From the NCBI GenBank assembly GCA_040881685.1, contig JBBECS010000002.1:105287-169286 (forward strand): a DNA stretch of 64,000 bases. The letters run 5' to 3'. Source of the DNA: Acidimicrobiia bacterium. Lineage in GTDB: Bacteria; Actinomycetota; Acidimicrobiia; IMCC26256; PALSA-555. A model generated the notes under the pieces. It saw only the letters and a list, made by a program, of their open reading frames with translations, was not told where the DNA came from and searched no databases. How positions within the stretch are numbered: the stretch's first letter is position 1; every line of letters starts with the position of its first letter. The translations under genes and the position numbers were made by a program. Positions 11,894 through 20,883 of the stretch are shown here, one piece after another.

Positions 11894-12789
11894 TGCTGCG
11901 ACCCCTCACCCGTCTCCTCATCGTGATCCCGCTGTGCGGCGTGCTCGTCGCCGGGCTGCTCTCTGCCGCTTGGTTGGTGGTCGGAAGTCCGACGCCGGCC
12001 AAGGGCGCGGTCTGGTTCGAGCTCACGCAGTTCGGCGACACGGAGTACAGCGCCGCGCCGAGCGAACCCTTCTTCTTCCTCGCGCTCGGCACCGACGCCC
12101 GCTCGAGCTCCGACCGTGGGCTCGGTGATGCGATCCATGTGATCGGCGTGAACCCGGCCGCGCACCAGGCCACGATCCTGAACGTCCCGCGTGACACCAC
12201 CGCACCGAGCGGCGACAAGATCAACGCGTACCACTCGCTCCAGGGACTCGAAGGAATCGTGGATCAGCTCAACCAAATGATGGGCATCGAGATCAAGTAC
12301 GCGATCAGCACGAACTTCTTCAATCTCCACGCGATGGTGGACGAGATCGGCGGCATCGACGTGAACGTGCCGTATCAGTTCGCCGACGACGACTCGGGCG
12401 CCTTCTTCGAGCCCGGCGTGCGGCATCTGACCGGTGATGAAGTGCTGCGCTACTCGCGTGACCGCAAAGACTGGGTGGACGGCGACATCACGCGCACCGC
12501 CAACCAGGCGCACATCATCATCTCCGCGCTCGCCACATTGCGCGCGCAGAACCCCGGTGACGCCGGGGCGTTGCGCCTCGTTGCCGTCCTGGGGCGCCAC
12601 GTGCAGATGATGAACATCAGCGTGGCCGGCCTCTGGCGCCTCGGCCGCCTTGCACTCTCGATCGACCCGACGACGATCAAGAACATCACGATCCCCGTCG
12701 GCAGCGGCTCAGGCTCGAACCTCACGGTCAGCGGCGGCGCGCAGGCGCTGTTCGCCGACTTCGCGGGCGACGGGATCGTCCAGGGCTGA
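11893..12789 (+). CDS. LytR-CpsA-Psr (LCP) family protein
   Basis: MLRPLTRLLIVIPLCGVLVAGLL anchor followed by FFFLALGTDARS..GDAIHVIGVNP..ILNVPRDT..GGIDVNVP. Start placed at ATG 11893, coupled to the upstream stop. Confidence 0.85.
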   Translation: MLRPLTRLLIVIPLCGVLVAGLLSAAWLVVGSPTPAKGAVWFELTQFGDTEYSAAPSEPFFFLALGTDARSSSDRGLGDAIHVIGVNPAAHQATILNVPRDTTAPSGDKINAYHSLQGLEGIVDQLNQMMGIEIKYAISTNFFNLHAMVDEIGGIDVNVPYQFADDDSGAFFEPGVRHLTGDEVLRYSRDRKDWVDGDITRTANQAHIIISALATLRAQNPGDAGALRLVAVLGRHVQMMNISVAGLWRLGRLALSIDPTTIKNITIPVGSGSGSNLTVSGGAQALFADFAGDGIVQG

Positions 12790-13137
12790 TCGCGCAGCAC
12801 GGCCGCCGATCTCCGCCCGCGCGGTGGCATGAGCATCGGCGAGGCCGACGATGCTGATCCACACGCGAACGGTCACGATCCGGCCCGCGCACGAGCACCG
12901 TTCGAGGTGGGCGTCGTTGGAACGAGCGGTCGCGCGCGCGGCGGCCGCCGCGGCACCCGGGCCGCGGCCGAGGGCGAGCATATCGGCCGCCGCGAGGGCG
13001 GCCGCATCCGCGGCGGCGTCGGCACGGGCACTCGCGATCGCCGCAACGCCCATTCGTCCGGCCGCGACGGCGGCAGCAACCGCGACGGCGAGCACACCGA
13101 CCATGACGATCGACGTGCTCCCCCGTTCGCGTCTCAC
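12709..13137 (-). CDS. Helicase/secretion-neighbourhood TadE-like protein (Rv3654c/55c class)
   Basis: GTG 13137 overlaps the upstream stop (GTGA). N-terminal GSTSIVMVGVLAVAVAAAVAA hydrophobic segment followed by an Ala-rich region. The 3' end overlaps the convergent LCP gene by 81 nt. Confidence 0.6.
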   Translation of the reverse strand: MRRERGSTSIVMVGVLAVAVAAAVAAGRMGVAAIASARADAAADAAALAAADMLALGRGPGAAAAAARATARSNDAHLERCSCAGRIVTVRVWISIVGLADAHATARAEIGGRAARSALDDPVAREVGEQRLRAAADREVRA

Positions 13138-13502
13138 TTCTCCACCCGCATCACGACCCGTGATCGCAGCGTGGGGTCGGGGAAGAGCGGTCCGACGAGC
13201 GGTAGCTCCGTGCTCGAGCGGTACGTCACGACCACGGTGATGGGCTCGCCGACTCGACCCCGACGCCCCACATGCACCCGGGCGCCAGGAAGCGTGCGTC
13301 GCGCGGCCCGCACTGCTCGACTCGGATCCGGATCGACGCTGGCGGCCCGCGCGGCCTCGCGGGCTGCGTGAACGACCGCGATGTGATCGCGCACCACCAG
13401 TGCGACCTGGAGCACCGCGAGGAGCGCGAGCACCAGGATCGGCAGGACGAGGGCGAACTCGACCGTGGCCTGGCCGCGTTCACGACCCCGCGGAACGCCC
13501 AC
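13134..13502 (-). CDS. TadE family pilus-assembly protein
   Basis: In-frame GTG at 13502 gives VGVPRGRERGQATVEFALVLPILVLALLAVLQVAL.., with the TadE-like N-terminal motif. The longer track ORF upstream is R-rich junk. Confidence 0.75.
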   Translation of the reverse strand: MGVPRGRERGQATVEFALVLPILVLALLAVLQVALVVRDHIAVVHAAREAARAASVDPDPSRAVRAARRTLPGARVHVGRRGRVGEPITVVVTYRSSTELPLVGPLFPDPTLRSRVVMRVEK

Positions 13503-13681
13503 TAGAGGATCTTGCCGATGATGTCGTCGAACAGGTCCTTGATCGCACCGCCCTTGGCCCAGATCGCAAGGCCACCGGCGACGACGGCGACCCCCAGGAT
13601 CACGAGGGCGTACTCGGCAGTCGTCTGCCCCGCCTCTGCGAACGGGTGCAATGCGCGACGAATGCACTTGATCAGCTTCAT
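13502..13681 (-). CDS. Flp/DUF4244-like small pilin (59 aa)
   Basis: Below the ORF-track size cutoff. Translates as MKLIKCIRRALHPFAEAGQTTAEYALVILGVAVVAGGLAIWAKGGAIKDLFDDIIGKIL. GAGGAG lies 6 nt upstream of the ATG, and the stop overlaps the next start (TAGTG). Confidence 0.7.
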   Translation of the reverse strand: MKLIKCIRRALHPFAEAGQTTAEYALVILGVAVVAGGLAIWAKGGAIKDLFDDIIGKIL

Positions 13682-13696
13682 GGGATCTCCTCGTGT

Positions 13697-14371
13697 TCAT
13701 GTGCCCTTCAGGCCGGCGAGCAGCACGGGCACGACGGACAACAGAGCGAACGCCGGCAGGACGAGGAAGACGAGAGGGAAGAGCAGCCGCACGGGAACAG
13801 TTCGCGCACGCGCCTCGGCTCGCCGGCGGAGCGACGAGCGCTCCTCGACGGCGAGTCGACTGAGCGCGTCGCCCACTGGCGCGCCGTAGCGCTCGGACGC
13901 CAGCAACGCGTCGACGAGCGTGCGCAGTGGTGCGTGCTCGGAGCCCATGCGCTCGAGCGCGTCCGCGAAGCCGACTCCCAGGGAACAGTCGCGCCGCACC
14001 TCCTCGAGTCGGGCTGCGAGCGGTGCCGGTGCCCACTGCGACGCCACCTCGACCGAGAGGTACGGAGTGCAACCCGCACCCACGCCCACGGCGAGCAGGT
14101 CGATCACCACCGGCAGCTCACGAGCCATCTCGGCTTCGCGGCGCCGACAGGCGCGTCGCTCGGTCATGCCGCTGAGGACGCGTCCCGCGGGGCCCATCCA
14201 CCGCTGCACGAGATCACCACGCAATGGGCCTGCGAAGCGGACGGGGCGCGGCGCCGACTCCACGACTTCGAGACGCGAAACCACTGCGACGCGCTCTGCA
14301 CCGCGCAAGAGCGGCATCGCGACCAGTGCGCCCCAGCCGAGACCGAGGATGATCGGGAGGACGCCGGTCAT
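13697..14371 (-). CDS. tadC: Type II secretion system F-domain protein (TadC-like)
   Basis: 224 aa with TM-flanked T2SSF-like core (VIDLLAVGVGAGCTP..LERMG..LV DALLASERYGAP). ATGA overlap with tadB. Confidence 0.8.
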   Translation of the reverse strand: MTGVLPIILGLGWGALVAMPLLRGAERVAVVSRLEVVESAPRPVRFAGPLRGDLVQRWMGPAGRVLSGMTERRACRRREAEMARELPVVIDLLAVGVGAGCTPYLSVEVASQWAPAPLAARLEEVRRDCSLGVGFADALERMGSEHAPLRTLVDALLASERYGAPVGDALSRLAVEERSSLRRRAEARARTVPVRLLFPLVFLVLPAFALLSVVPVLLAGLKGT

Positions 14372-15249
14372 CCGGAATCTTCCGCACGCACGATGCGCCG
14401 CATGACGAGCACGCCCAGGATCTCGAACGTCACGCCGAGGGCGAGGCAGAAGCGTCCGGCTCCGGTGTTGACGAGCACGCCGAGCGACGCAGGATCAGCG
14501 ATGGCCGAGAACCCGAGGTACGCGATCGGCGCGGCGCCCACGACGATGGCCGAAACCCGCGCTTGTGCCGACAGCGCACGCGCCTCGGCCACAGCACTCA
14601 AGCGGTCGCGCAACGAGCCCGCGAGACCTTCGATGGCTCCTGCCGAAGGACCACCGACGGACGACGCGACTGCGAGCGCGCCGCACGTAGCACGCACTGC
14701 AGCGATGCGGCGCTCTGCGGACCACGCCGAGAGCGCGCCGACCAGTCCGGGACCGAGGGTCGAGCGCGCGCGGACCCGCGCGAGGTCAGACGCCAGCGGT
14801 CCGCCGCCGTCGGCGACCGCGCCCATTGCCTCACCGACGGTTGCACCGCCGCGGAGTCCGGCTGCGATCTGCTCGAGCGCTCCTGGCAACCCTGCGATGA
14901 GCCGCCGCCGGGCACGATCACGAGCGAAGTGCAACGCGGTCGGGCCTCCGATCAGCGCGGCGAGCGCACTCAGGAGACCGAGGGTCGGCGCGAGCACAGC
15001 TGAGGGGATCGCGACCGCGACGACCGTTGCGATCCACAGCTCGAACGCCGCCTCCGGCTCGAGCCCGATCGCGGCGTCTTCGAGCGCGCGTGCGAGCCAC
15101 GCTCGAGCTCGGCGTTGAAGTCGCCACCGGCGCGCTTCACCCAGGCGACGCGCCTGCTCACCGGCATCGGCGCGACGGGCCGCGCGCATGAGGAACGTCG
15201 CCGAGAGCGCCCCGGTGGTCGCCGCCACCAGGGTCAGCACGCGAACCAT
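14368..15249 (-). CDS. tadB: Type II secretion system F-domain protein (TadB-like)
   Basis: Start chosen at [21 protein letters not shown] (ATG 15249). The upstream part of the track ORF is R-rich. 16-nt overlap with the tadA 3' end. Confidence 0.75.
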   Translation of the reverse strand: MVRVLTLVAATTGALSATFLMRAARRADAGEQARRLGEARRWRLQRRARAWLARALEDAAIGLEPEAAFELWIATVVAVAIPSAVLAPTLGLLSALAALIGGPTALHFARDRARRRLIAGLPGALEQIAAGLRGGATVGEAMGAVADGGGPLASDLARVRARSTLGPGLVGALSAWSAERRIAAVRATCGALAVASSVGGPSAGAIEGLAGSLRDRLSAVAEARALSAQARVSAIVVGAAPIAYLGFSAIADPASLGVLVNTGAGRFCLALGVTFEILGVLVMRRIVRAEDSG

Positions 15250-16424
15250 TCCACGTCGGGGGTGCGGGCGTCGGGACGGCGAGGCGCGCGAGTCGGCGCG
15301 GAGACCGGCCGAAGCCGACCCTCCCGCCACGAGAACAGCGAGCGAACGCCCGGGCCATCGACCGCGGTGACGAGCTCGGCGATCTGTTCCACCCGCCGGG
15401 TCCCGCCGGGGCGACGAGCAACGAAGACAATACCGTCGAGCGCGGCCCCGAGCTGGGCTCGGACCGCGAAGAGAGGCAAGCCCGTTTCTGCGAGCAGGAC
15501 GAGCGTCTCGAGGCGGGTCAGCGCGTCGGCCGCGCTGTTGGCGTGCACCGTTGAGAGCGAGCCGTCGTGTCCGGTGTTGAGGGCTTGGAGCATGTCGAAT
15601 GCCTCGCCGCCGCGCACCTCTCCGACCACCACCCGATCGGGCCGCATGCGCAAGGCCGCGCGCACGAGGGCGCGCACCGGGATGGCACCCACCCCCTCGG
15701 CGTTCGCCGGGCGGGCCTCGAGGCGAACGACATGCGGCTGCAGGAGCCGCAGCTCCGCGGTCTCCTCGATCGTCACGACGCGCTCGTCGTGAGGAACGGC
15801 ACTCGAGAGCGCGTTCAGCAGCGTCGTCTTCCCGGCGCTCGTGCCGCCGGCGACGACGAGGTTCCACCCGACCTCGACGCTCCAGCGCAAGAACGCGCTG
15901 GCGTGCCGATCGAGCCCGAATGCGTCCAGCGGGACCGACCGCGTGCCGAAGCGGCGAATCGTCACGCAGGGCCCGTCGATCGCAAGCGGGGGAAGCACGG
16001 CGTGGAGGCGCGAGCCGTCGGGAAGGCGCGCGTCGACCATCGGCGACGACCGGTCGAGTCGGAGCCCCAATGGCGCGACCACGCGCTCGACGAGGCGCAC
16101 GATCCCCGCCGCGTCGAGGTCGAGGTCGATCCGCTCGAGACGACCCGCCCGTTCGACGTAGGCGCGCCCCGGACCATTCACCATGACCTCGGTGACGTCG
16201 GGTGCAGCCAGCAGCGGCTCGAGCGGCCCGAGCCCCGCGACTTCGTCGGTGAGCTCCGACAGGAGTCGCTCGAATCGCGGCAAGGGAAGAAGCGGATCCT
16301 CGTCGCGCAACAGCTCAGCCAGCCGCTCGCGAACGACGCGCTGGGCGTCGGGCTGCGCCAGCTCGCCGAGGCCTGGGGCGCGGAGCAGGCGCTCGTGGAC
16401 CCGCTGCTTCAGGTCGGCGCTCAC
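15234..16424 (-). CDS. tadA: TadA/CpaF-family secretion ATPase
   Basis: Walker [18 protein letters not shown], plus EETAELRL and [13 protein letters not shown] motifs. GTG 16424 forms a GTGA overlap with the cpaE-like stop; the track start at 16451 is also possible. Confidence 0.92.
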   Translation of the reverse strand: MSADLKQRVHERLLRAPGLGELAQPDAQRVVRERLAELLRDEDPLLPLPRFERLLSELTDEVAGLGPLEPLLAAPDVTEVMVNGPGRAYVERAGRLERIDLDLDAAGIVRLVERVVAPLGLRLDRSSPMVDARLPDGSRLHAVLPPLAIDGPCVTIRRFGTRSVPLDAFGLDRHASAFLRWSVEVGWNLVVAGGTSAGKTTLLNALSSAVPHDERVVTIEETAELRLLQPHVVRLEARPANAEGVGAIPVRALVRAALRMRPDRVVVGEVRGGEAFDMLQALNTGHDGSLSTVHANSAADALTRLETLVLLAETGLPLFAVRAQLGAALDGIVFVARRPGGTRRVEQIAELVTAVDGPGVRSLFSWREGRLRPVSAPTRAPRRPDARTPDVEWFAC

Positions 16425-17131
16425 GCGGCTTCGCCCCGTTGCTCCGTGCACAGCCCGACGCGTGCCAACAGGCGGGCCGTCGGCCGGGCGAGCGCATCCG
16501 GTAGGCGCGCGGCGAGCACGCCGGCGTCGACCGCGCGAGCGATCGGCGATCGGACCGGCACACGGGCGAGCACCGGGCGGTCGACGACATCGCGCACCTC
16601 GGAGGGACCGAGGGATCTTCCGGCTTCCTCCACGAGCACGATGCCAGCGGCGCGCTCGAGGAGAGGAGAGTGCACCGCTCGGCGCAGCGCGAGATAGCAG
16701 CCGCGAAGCACGACCACGGACACGTCGGCCACTTCCACCAGCGCACGAGCGGCCGGTGCGCTCGCGGCGCCCGCGTCGACGATGGTCGGCACCGGGCCAT
16801 CACGAAGCGCGACCGCCAACGCAGCTCCAGACTCGGCCGCGGGGAGCGGCGCGAGCGAACGATCGGTGCTGCCACGCGGGATGAGTGAGACTCCGGGCGC
16901 GACGGTGACGGCGAGGCGCTCGAGCGCGTCGGCCGGTGCCTCGGGACCCGTGGCGAGCCAGTCGACGATCCCAGTCTCGGGGTCGGAGGCCAAGCCGAAG
17001 ATGGCGGGCTGGTCGCCGGCGACGTCGGCGAGCCGAGCTCCTTCTGCGTCGCGAGCAAGCACCAGGGCACAGGCAGCGGCGATCACCGACGTGCCGGAGC
17101 CGCCCTTGGGGGACCAGAGCGCGAAGAGCAC
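16421..17131 (-). CDS. CpaE/Ssd-like (MinD/ParA-fold) protein of the Tad-like locus
   Basis: MLFALWSPKGGSGTSVIAAACAL deviant Walker A. First gene of the coupled operon. Confidence 0.75.
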   Translation of the reverse strand: MLFALWSPKGGSGTSVIAAACALVLARDAEGARLADVAGDQPAIFGLASDPETGIVDWLATGPEAPADALERLAVTVAPGVSLIPRGSTDRSLAPLPAAESGAALAVALRDGPVPTIVDAGAASAPAARALVEVADVSVVVLRGCYLALRRAVHSPLLERAAGIVLVEEAGRSLGPSEVRDVVDRPVLARVPVRSPIARAVDAGVLAARLPDALARPTARLLARVGLCTEQRGEAA

Positions 17132-17260
17132 GGGGCCTCACCCTCCTCGGATCGACCAGCCGCAGACGCGACCGGGATGCACGAGGAAGGCGCGGGAAGA
17201 GCGGGGCGACCGTACGGCCGGCGATCGGAGGTGTCAAGAGGTGCGCGTAGCCTGGCGCGC

Positions 17261-18055
17261 ATGGCGACGGCCGCGTTCTTCGACCTCGACAAGACGATCA
17301 TCGCCAAGAGCTCGGTGCTCGCGTTCGGCCGACCGTTCTATCGAGAGGGCCTGCTGTCGAAGCGGGCCATCGTGCGCAGCGCGTATGCGCAGGTGATCTT
17401 CATGCTCGTCGGTGCCGACGAGGGGAAGATGGAGAAGCTGCGCGTCGCCATGCTCGACATGATCCAGGGTTGGAACCGCGACCACGTCGCCAACATCGTG
17501 CGCGAGACGCTCGAAGAGGTCGTGACCCCGATCATCTTCGCCGAGGCGCTTGACCTGATCGCCGAGCACCAAGCCGAAGGACGCAAGGTCGTGATCGTGT
17601 CGTCAGCACCCGAAGAGGTAGTCGCGCCGCTGGGCGAGTACCTCGGTGTCGACGAGGTGATCGCCACCCGGGCCGAGGTCGGTGTCGACGGCTTATACAC
17701 GGGTGAGCTGTCGTACTACGGCTACGGACCGCACAAGGCCGAAGCGATCCATGCGCTCGCGGCACGCGAGGGGATCGACCTGGCCGCCTCGTACGCATAC
17801 AGCGACTCGGTGACCGACGAGCCGATGTTGCGCGCGGTCGGGAACCCCGTGGTGGTGAACCCCGACCGCGAGCTCGCGCGCATCGCACGAGATGAGGAGT
17901 GGCCGATCCTCAACTTCACACGTCCCGTGCGGTTGCGCGACCGCATGCCAGTACCCCCGGCTCCCGCGCTCGCCGTCACGGGCGCCGTTGCCGCGGCCGG
18001 CGCCGGCGTCGTGGTGTGGTGGCTCCTGCGCCGGAAGGAGCGGACCGCCGCGTGA
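17261..18055 (+). CDS. HAD-IB family hydrolase (SerB-like) with a C-terminal TM tail
   Basis: MATAAFFDLDKTIIAKSS (DxD motif), VSSAPEE, YSDSVTDEPML. Start chosen at ATG 17261. Confidence 0.85.
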   Translation: MATAAFFDLDKTIIAKSSVLAFGRPFYREGLLSKRAIVRSAYAQVIFMLVGADEGKMEKLRVAMLDMIQGWNRDHVANIVRETLEEVVTPIIFAEALDLIAEHQAEGRKVVIVSSAPEEVVAPLGEYLGVDEVIATRAEVGVDGLYTGELSYYGYGPHKAEAIHALAAREGIDLAASYAYSDSVTDEPMLRAVGNPVVVNPDRELARIARDEEWPILNFTRPVRLRDRMPVPPAPALAVTGAVAAAGAGVVVWWLLRRKERTAA

Positions 18056-19017
18056 CGGTCCTGCTCGCGCATCTGCCCACCCCACTCGAGCCGATGGATC
18101 GGCTCAGCGACGCACTCGGTGGGCCACGGCTCCTCGTGAAGCGCGACGACTGCACCGGGCTCGCGCTCGGCGGCAACAAGGCCCGCAAGCTCCAGCACCT
18201 CTGCGCCGAGGCGCTCGCCGCCGGTTGCGACATGCTCGTCACCGGCGGGGGCGCGCAGAGCAATCACGTTCGCATGACGGCAGCCGCCGCGAACCGCCTT
18301 GCCCTCGAGTGCCACGTCGCGTTGTCGACCGACCCGCCCACCGATCCCGAACGGGGCCCCGGTGGAAACCTCCTGCTCGACAACGTGCTCGGCGCGCACC
18401 TGCACTTCGTCGGGCCGTGCGACTACTACGCACTCGAAAGCGCGATCGAGGCGCTCGCGGCCGAGCTGACGCGCGCCGGTCACCGACCGTTCGCGATGCC
18501 CGTCGGTGGTGCGTCGGTGACCGGAGTCGCCGCATACGCCGACGCCACCGTCGAGCTGCGCGTGCAGCTCGACGGCACTGCCGTCAGCTGGGCAGTGGTG
18601 GCGGACGGATCGGGCGGTACGCACGCCGGTCTGCTCGCGGGATTCGGTCACGACGTGCAGGTGCTCGGGGTCGATGTCGGCACACGTCCCGATCTCGACG
18701 AGGTCGTTCCGCGGCTCGCCGCCAAAGCCGCGAGCCGAACCGGTCGCGGCGTACCGCCCGAGAACGCGGTCATCGATCACGACCGCTTCGGCGCGGGATA
18801 CGGCGAGCCCACCGATGGCGCGCTCGAAGCGATCCGGCTCGCGGCCCGGCTCGAAGGACTCGTGCTCGATCCGGTCTACACCGGCAAGGCGATGGCCGGA
18901 CTGATCGCGGCGGTGCGCGAAGGACGCGTCACGTCACAGGACACCGTGGTGTTCTGGCACACGGGTGGCGCGCCGGCGTTGTTCGCCACCCGCTACGCCG
19001 GCATGTTCAGCGCGTGA
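18052..19017 (+). CDS. PLP-dependent D-cysteine desulfhydrase / ACC deaminase family enzyme
   Basis: VTVLLAHLPTPLEPMDRLS..KRDDCTGLALGGNKARKL (PLP lysine motif). GTGA overlap with the HAD gene stop. Confidence 0.85.
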   Translation: MTVLLAHLPTPLEPMDRLSDALGGPRLLVKRDDCTGLALGGNKARKLQHLCAEALAAGCDMLVTGGGAQSNHVRMTAAAANRLALECHVALSTDPPTDPERGPGGNLLLDNVLGAHLHFVGPCDYYALESAIEALAAELTRAGHRPFAMPVGGASVTGVAAYADATVELRVQLDGTAVSWAVVADGSGGTHAGLLAGFGHDVQVLGVDVGTRPDLDEVVPRLAAKAASRTGRGVPPENAVIDHDRFGAGYGEPTDGALEAIRLAARLEGLVLDPVYTGKAMAGLIAAVREGRVTSQDTVVFWHTGGAPALFATRYAGMFSA

Positions 19018-19078
19018 GAGCCAGGGCGCGCCACGGGCCCGCACTCGGCGGGCCCGGACGGTAGTACGCACTGGAGTG

Positions 19079-19153
19079 TCAGGCTTCGCGGAACTTTCGA
19101 GCCACCGCGACACCGATCACAACCAGGACGAGCAGGAACAGCAGCTTCTTCAT
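19079..19153 (-). CDS. Possible 24-aa membrane peptide
   Basis: MKKLLFLLVLVVIGVAVARKFREA, a single TM with high GC3. Resembles the N-terminal half of small actinobacterial MKKLL.. peptides from memory only. Very short, so weak support. Confidence 0.3.
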   Translation of the reverse strand: MKKLLFLLVLVVIGVAVARKFREA

Positions 19154-19264
19154 GACACTCCCTGGAGTCGGCGAGATGTTGGCGAGAGCGTACCGTACGG
19201 CTTGTGGAGCGGCCGAGCGACCCAAGGGGCGGCGTTCGGTGCCGAGCGCCGAGCGAGCGCGACC

Positions 19265-19906
19265 ATGACGGCGACGCCAGCTGAGGTGGCCGCACCAGGG
19301 GAGGTGCTCTTCGAAGAGCGCCTCAGTGCCACGCGCCGCGACTGGCGATGGCTGCCGATCGTCTTCGTGGTCACCTTCCTCGCCGCCAGCCCGATCCTCG
19401 GGGGCGTCGCCGCGCTCGCATGGTTGGTGAACGTGGTGCGCTTCCGGAATGCCCGGATCGTCGTAGAGCGCGACGATTTGCGGGTCGGACGTCGAGTGGT
19501 CCGGCTCTGCGCGCTCGAGCTGTCTACGCTCGGGCAGGCGGGAAACACCTGGCCGTGGCGGGCACTCAACCGTCGGTATCTCGGCGCCAACCCCTTCTGG
19601 TCCAACGACTCGGTCGGCATGCGCGGGATGGACGCGGGCAAGCGCTACTGGGTTGCGGTCGGCACCAATCGCCGCGGCGAGCTCGTGGACGTGCTGAACC
19701 AGGCCATTCCGCCGGCGCGTGCGCGCGCCGAAGAGCAAGGCACCTGGTCGCCGACGGTCCAGCGGCTGCCACCGGCCGGTTGGCACCCCGACCCTTGGGA
19801 TCCGACGACGCAGCTCCGGTGGTGGGACGGCGCGCAGTGGACCGGTTGGACCGTGCCGGCCGCCGGTGCCAGACCACCGTCCGGCACGGGGCCGGCACAG
19901 CCATGA
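19265..19906 (+). CDS. Membrane protein, DUF3093-like, with a DUF2510-like C-terminus
   Basis: Start at MTATPAEV (ATG 19265). Two TM spans, and C-terminal GWHPDPWDPTTQLRWWDGAQWTGW motif. Confidence 0.65.
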   Translation: MTATPAEVAAPGEVLFEERLSATRRDWRWLPIVFVVTFLAASPILGGVAALAWLVNVVRFRNARIVVERDDLRVGRRVVRLCALELSTLGQAGNTWPWRALNRRYLGANPFWSNDSVGMRGMDAGKRYWVAVGTNRRGELVDVLNQAIPPARARAEEQGTWSPTVQRLPPAGWHPDPWDPTTQLRWWDGAQWTGWTVPAAGARPPSGTGPAQP

Positions 19907-20688
19907 TCCCGATCGCAGATCAGAACCCGGTCCGGCGCATCCCCGTCGTCACGCTGCTGCTGATCGCGGCCTGCGTGGTCTTGTACTTCACCGTCCAGCC
20001 GACGGGCGCCCCGAAGATCCAATGGAACGAGGTCGTCGAGCGCCTCGACGAGGAGGATCTCCGGTTCGTCGTCGACAACGCGGCCATCCCGTGCGAGCTG
20101 GTGAAGGGCCGCCCGCTCACAGAGCAGGAGTTTCACAGTGGCACGTGCAGTGACGAGGGTGGTCGCTCGCACGCACCGGGCAAATCCGTGTTCCTCGCCA
20201 TCCTGACGTCGATGTTCCTGCACGGGAGCGTGGCGCACCTGTTCGGCAACATGCTGTTCCTCTGGGTGTTCGGCAACAACGTGGAGGAACGCGCCGGTTG
20301 GTGGCGGTACCTGCTGCTGTATCTCGTGGGTGGCGCGGTCGCCACTGCGGCGCACGTCGCTGTCAGCCCCAACTCGACGATTCCGATCATCGGGGCATCG
20401 GGCGCGATCGCTGCGGTTGTTGGCGCGTACTTCGTGCTGTGGCCTTCGGCGCGCATCAAGACAGTGATCGTGATCCTGCCCGTGTTCCTCCGGAAGGTCA
20501 TGGCGCTCTGGCTGCTCGTCGCGTGGCTCGGCCAGAACTTCCTCCTCGTCGGCGGTAACTCGGGCGTGGCATGGGCCGCGCACGTGGGTGGGTTCGCGTT
20601 CGGCGCGCTCGTCGGGCTGTGGTGGCGCGCGCAGGACCGACGGCGTGAAGCGGCGCCCTCGTTCCCGGTCGCGCCCGCGCCCGCGTAA
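19903..20688 (+). CDS. Rhomboid family intramembrane serine protease
   Basis: ATGA overlap with the upstream gene. FLHGSVAHLFGNMLFLWVFGNNVE and GASGAIAAVVGAYF (GxSG) motifs. Confidence 0.9.
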   Translation: MIPIADQNPVRRIPVVTLLLIAACVVLYFTVQPTGAPKIQWNEVVERLDEEDLRFVVDNAAIPCELVKGRPLTEQEFHSGTCSDEGGRSHAPGKSVFLAILTSMFLHGSVAHLFGNMLFLWVFGNNVEERAGWWRYLLLYLVGGAVATAAHVAVSPNSTIPIIGASGAIAAVVGAYFVLWPSARIKTVIVILPVFLRKVMALWLLVAWLGQNFLLVGGNSGVAWAAHVGGFAFGALVGLWWRAQDRRREAAPSFPVAPAPA

Positions 20689-20712
20689 CGACGACCGTGC
20701 GAGACTCGCCAC

Positions 20713-20806
20713 GGAGGTGAATGGGGCCTGGTGGCCTCCCTCGTCTTCAAAACGAGTGGGGCGGGTGATCCCTGCCTGGTGGGTTCGATTCCTGCCACCT
20801 CCGCCA
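20713..20806 (+). tRNA. selC: tRNA-Sec (anticodon TCA at 20747-20749)
   Basis: 94 nt. Hand fold: GGAGGTG acceptor stem, 6-bp D stem with a 4-nt loop (GGGGCC-TGGT-GGCCTC), anticodon loop CTTCAAA, a long 6-7 bp variable arm, T loop TTCGATT, and discriminator G plus CCA. Confidence 0.9.
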
Positions 20807-20813
20807 AGTTTCC

Positions 20814-20866
20814 CCGAGCAAGTGACGCTCAGGGTCAAATACGGAACCTCTGCGTCACTTGCTCGG
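20814..20866. terminator. Perfect 15-bp inverted repeat with a 23-nt loop, between tRNA-Sec and a convergent CDS
   Basis: CCGAGCAAGTGACGC (20814-20828) pairs with GCGTCACTTGCTCGG (20852-20866). Confidence 0.45.
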
Positions 20867-20883
20867 AATGGGGATGGAGGGCG

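Noticed and set aside
11056-12600. N-terminal 515 aa of the 632-aa minus ORF 10702-12600
   Set aside because: Only the last 117 codons (the OB-fold protein) look coding. The rest is antisense to two good plus-strand genes and is S/T/P/R-rich.
20689-20883. tRNA-Sec (and tRNA-Pro at 52117-52193) as integration sites for a genomic island
   Set aside because: No integrase, no direct repeat of the tRNA 3' end, and no compositional shift in the flanking genes. The neighbours are ordinary core genes.
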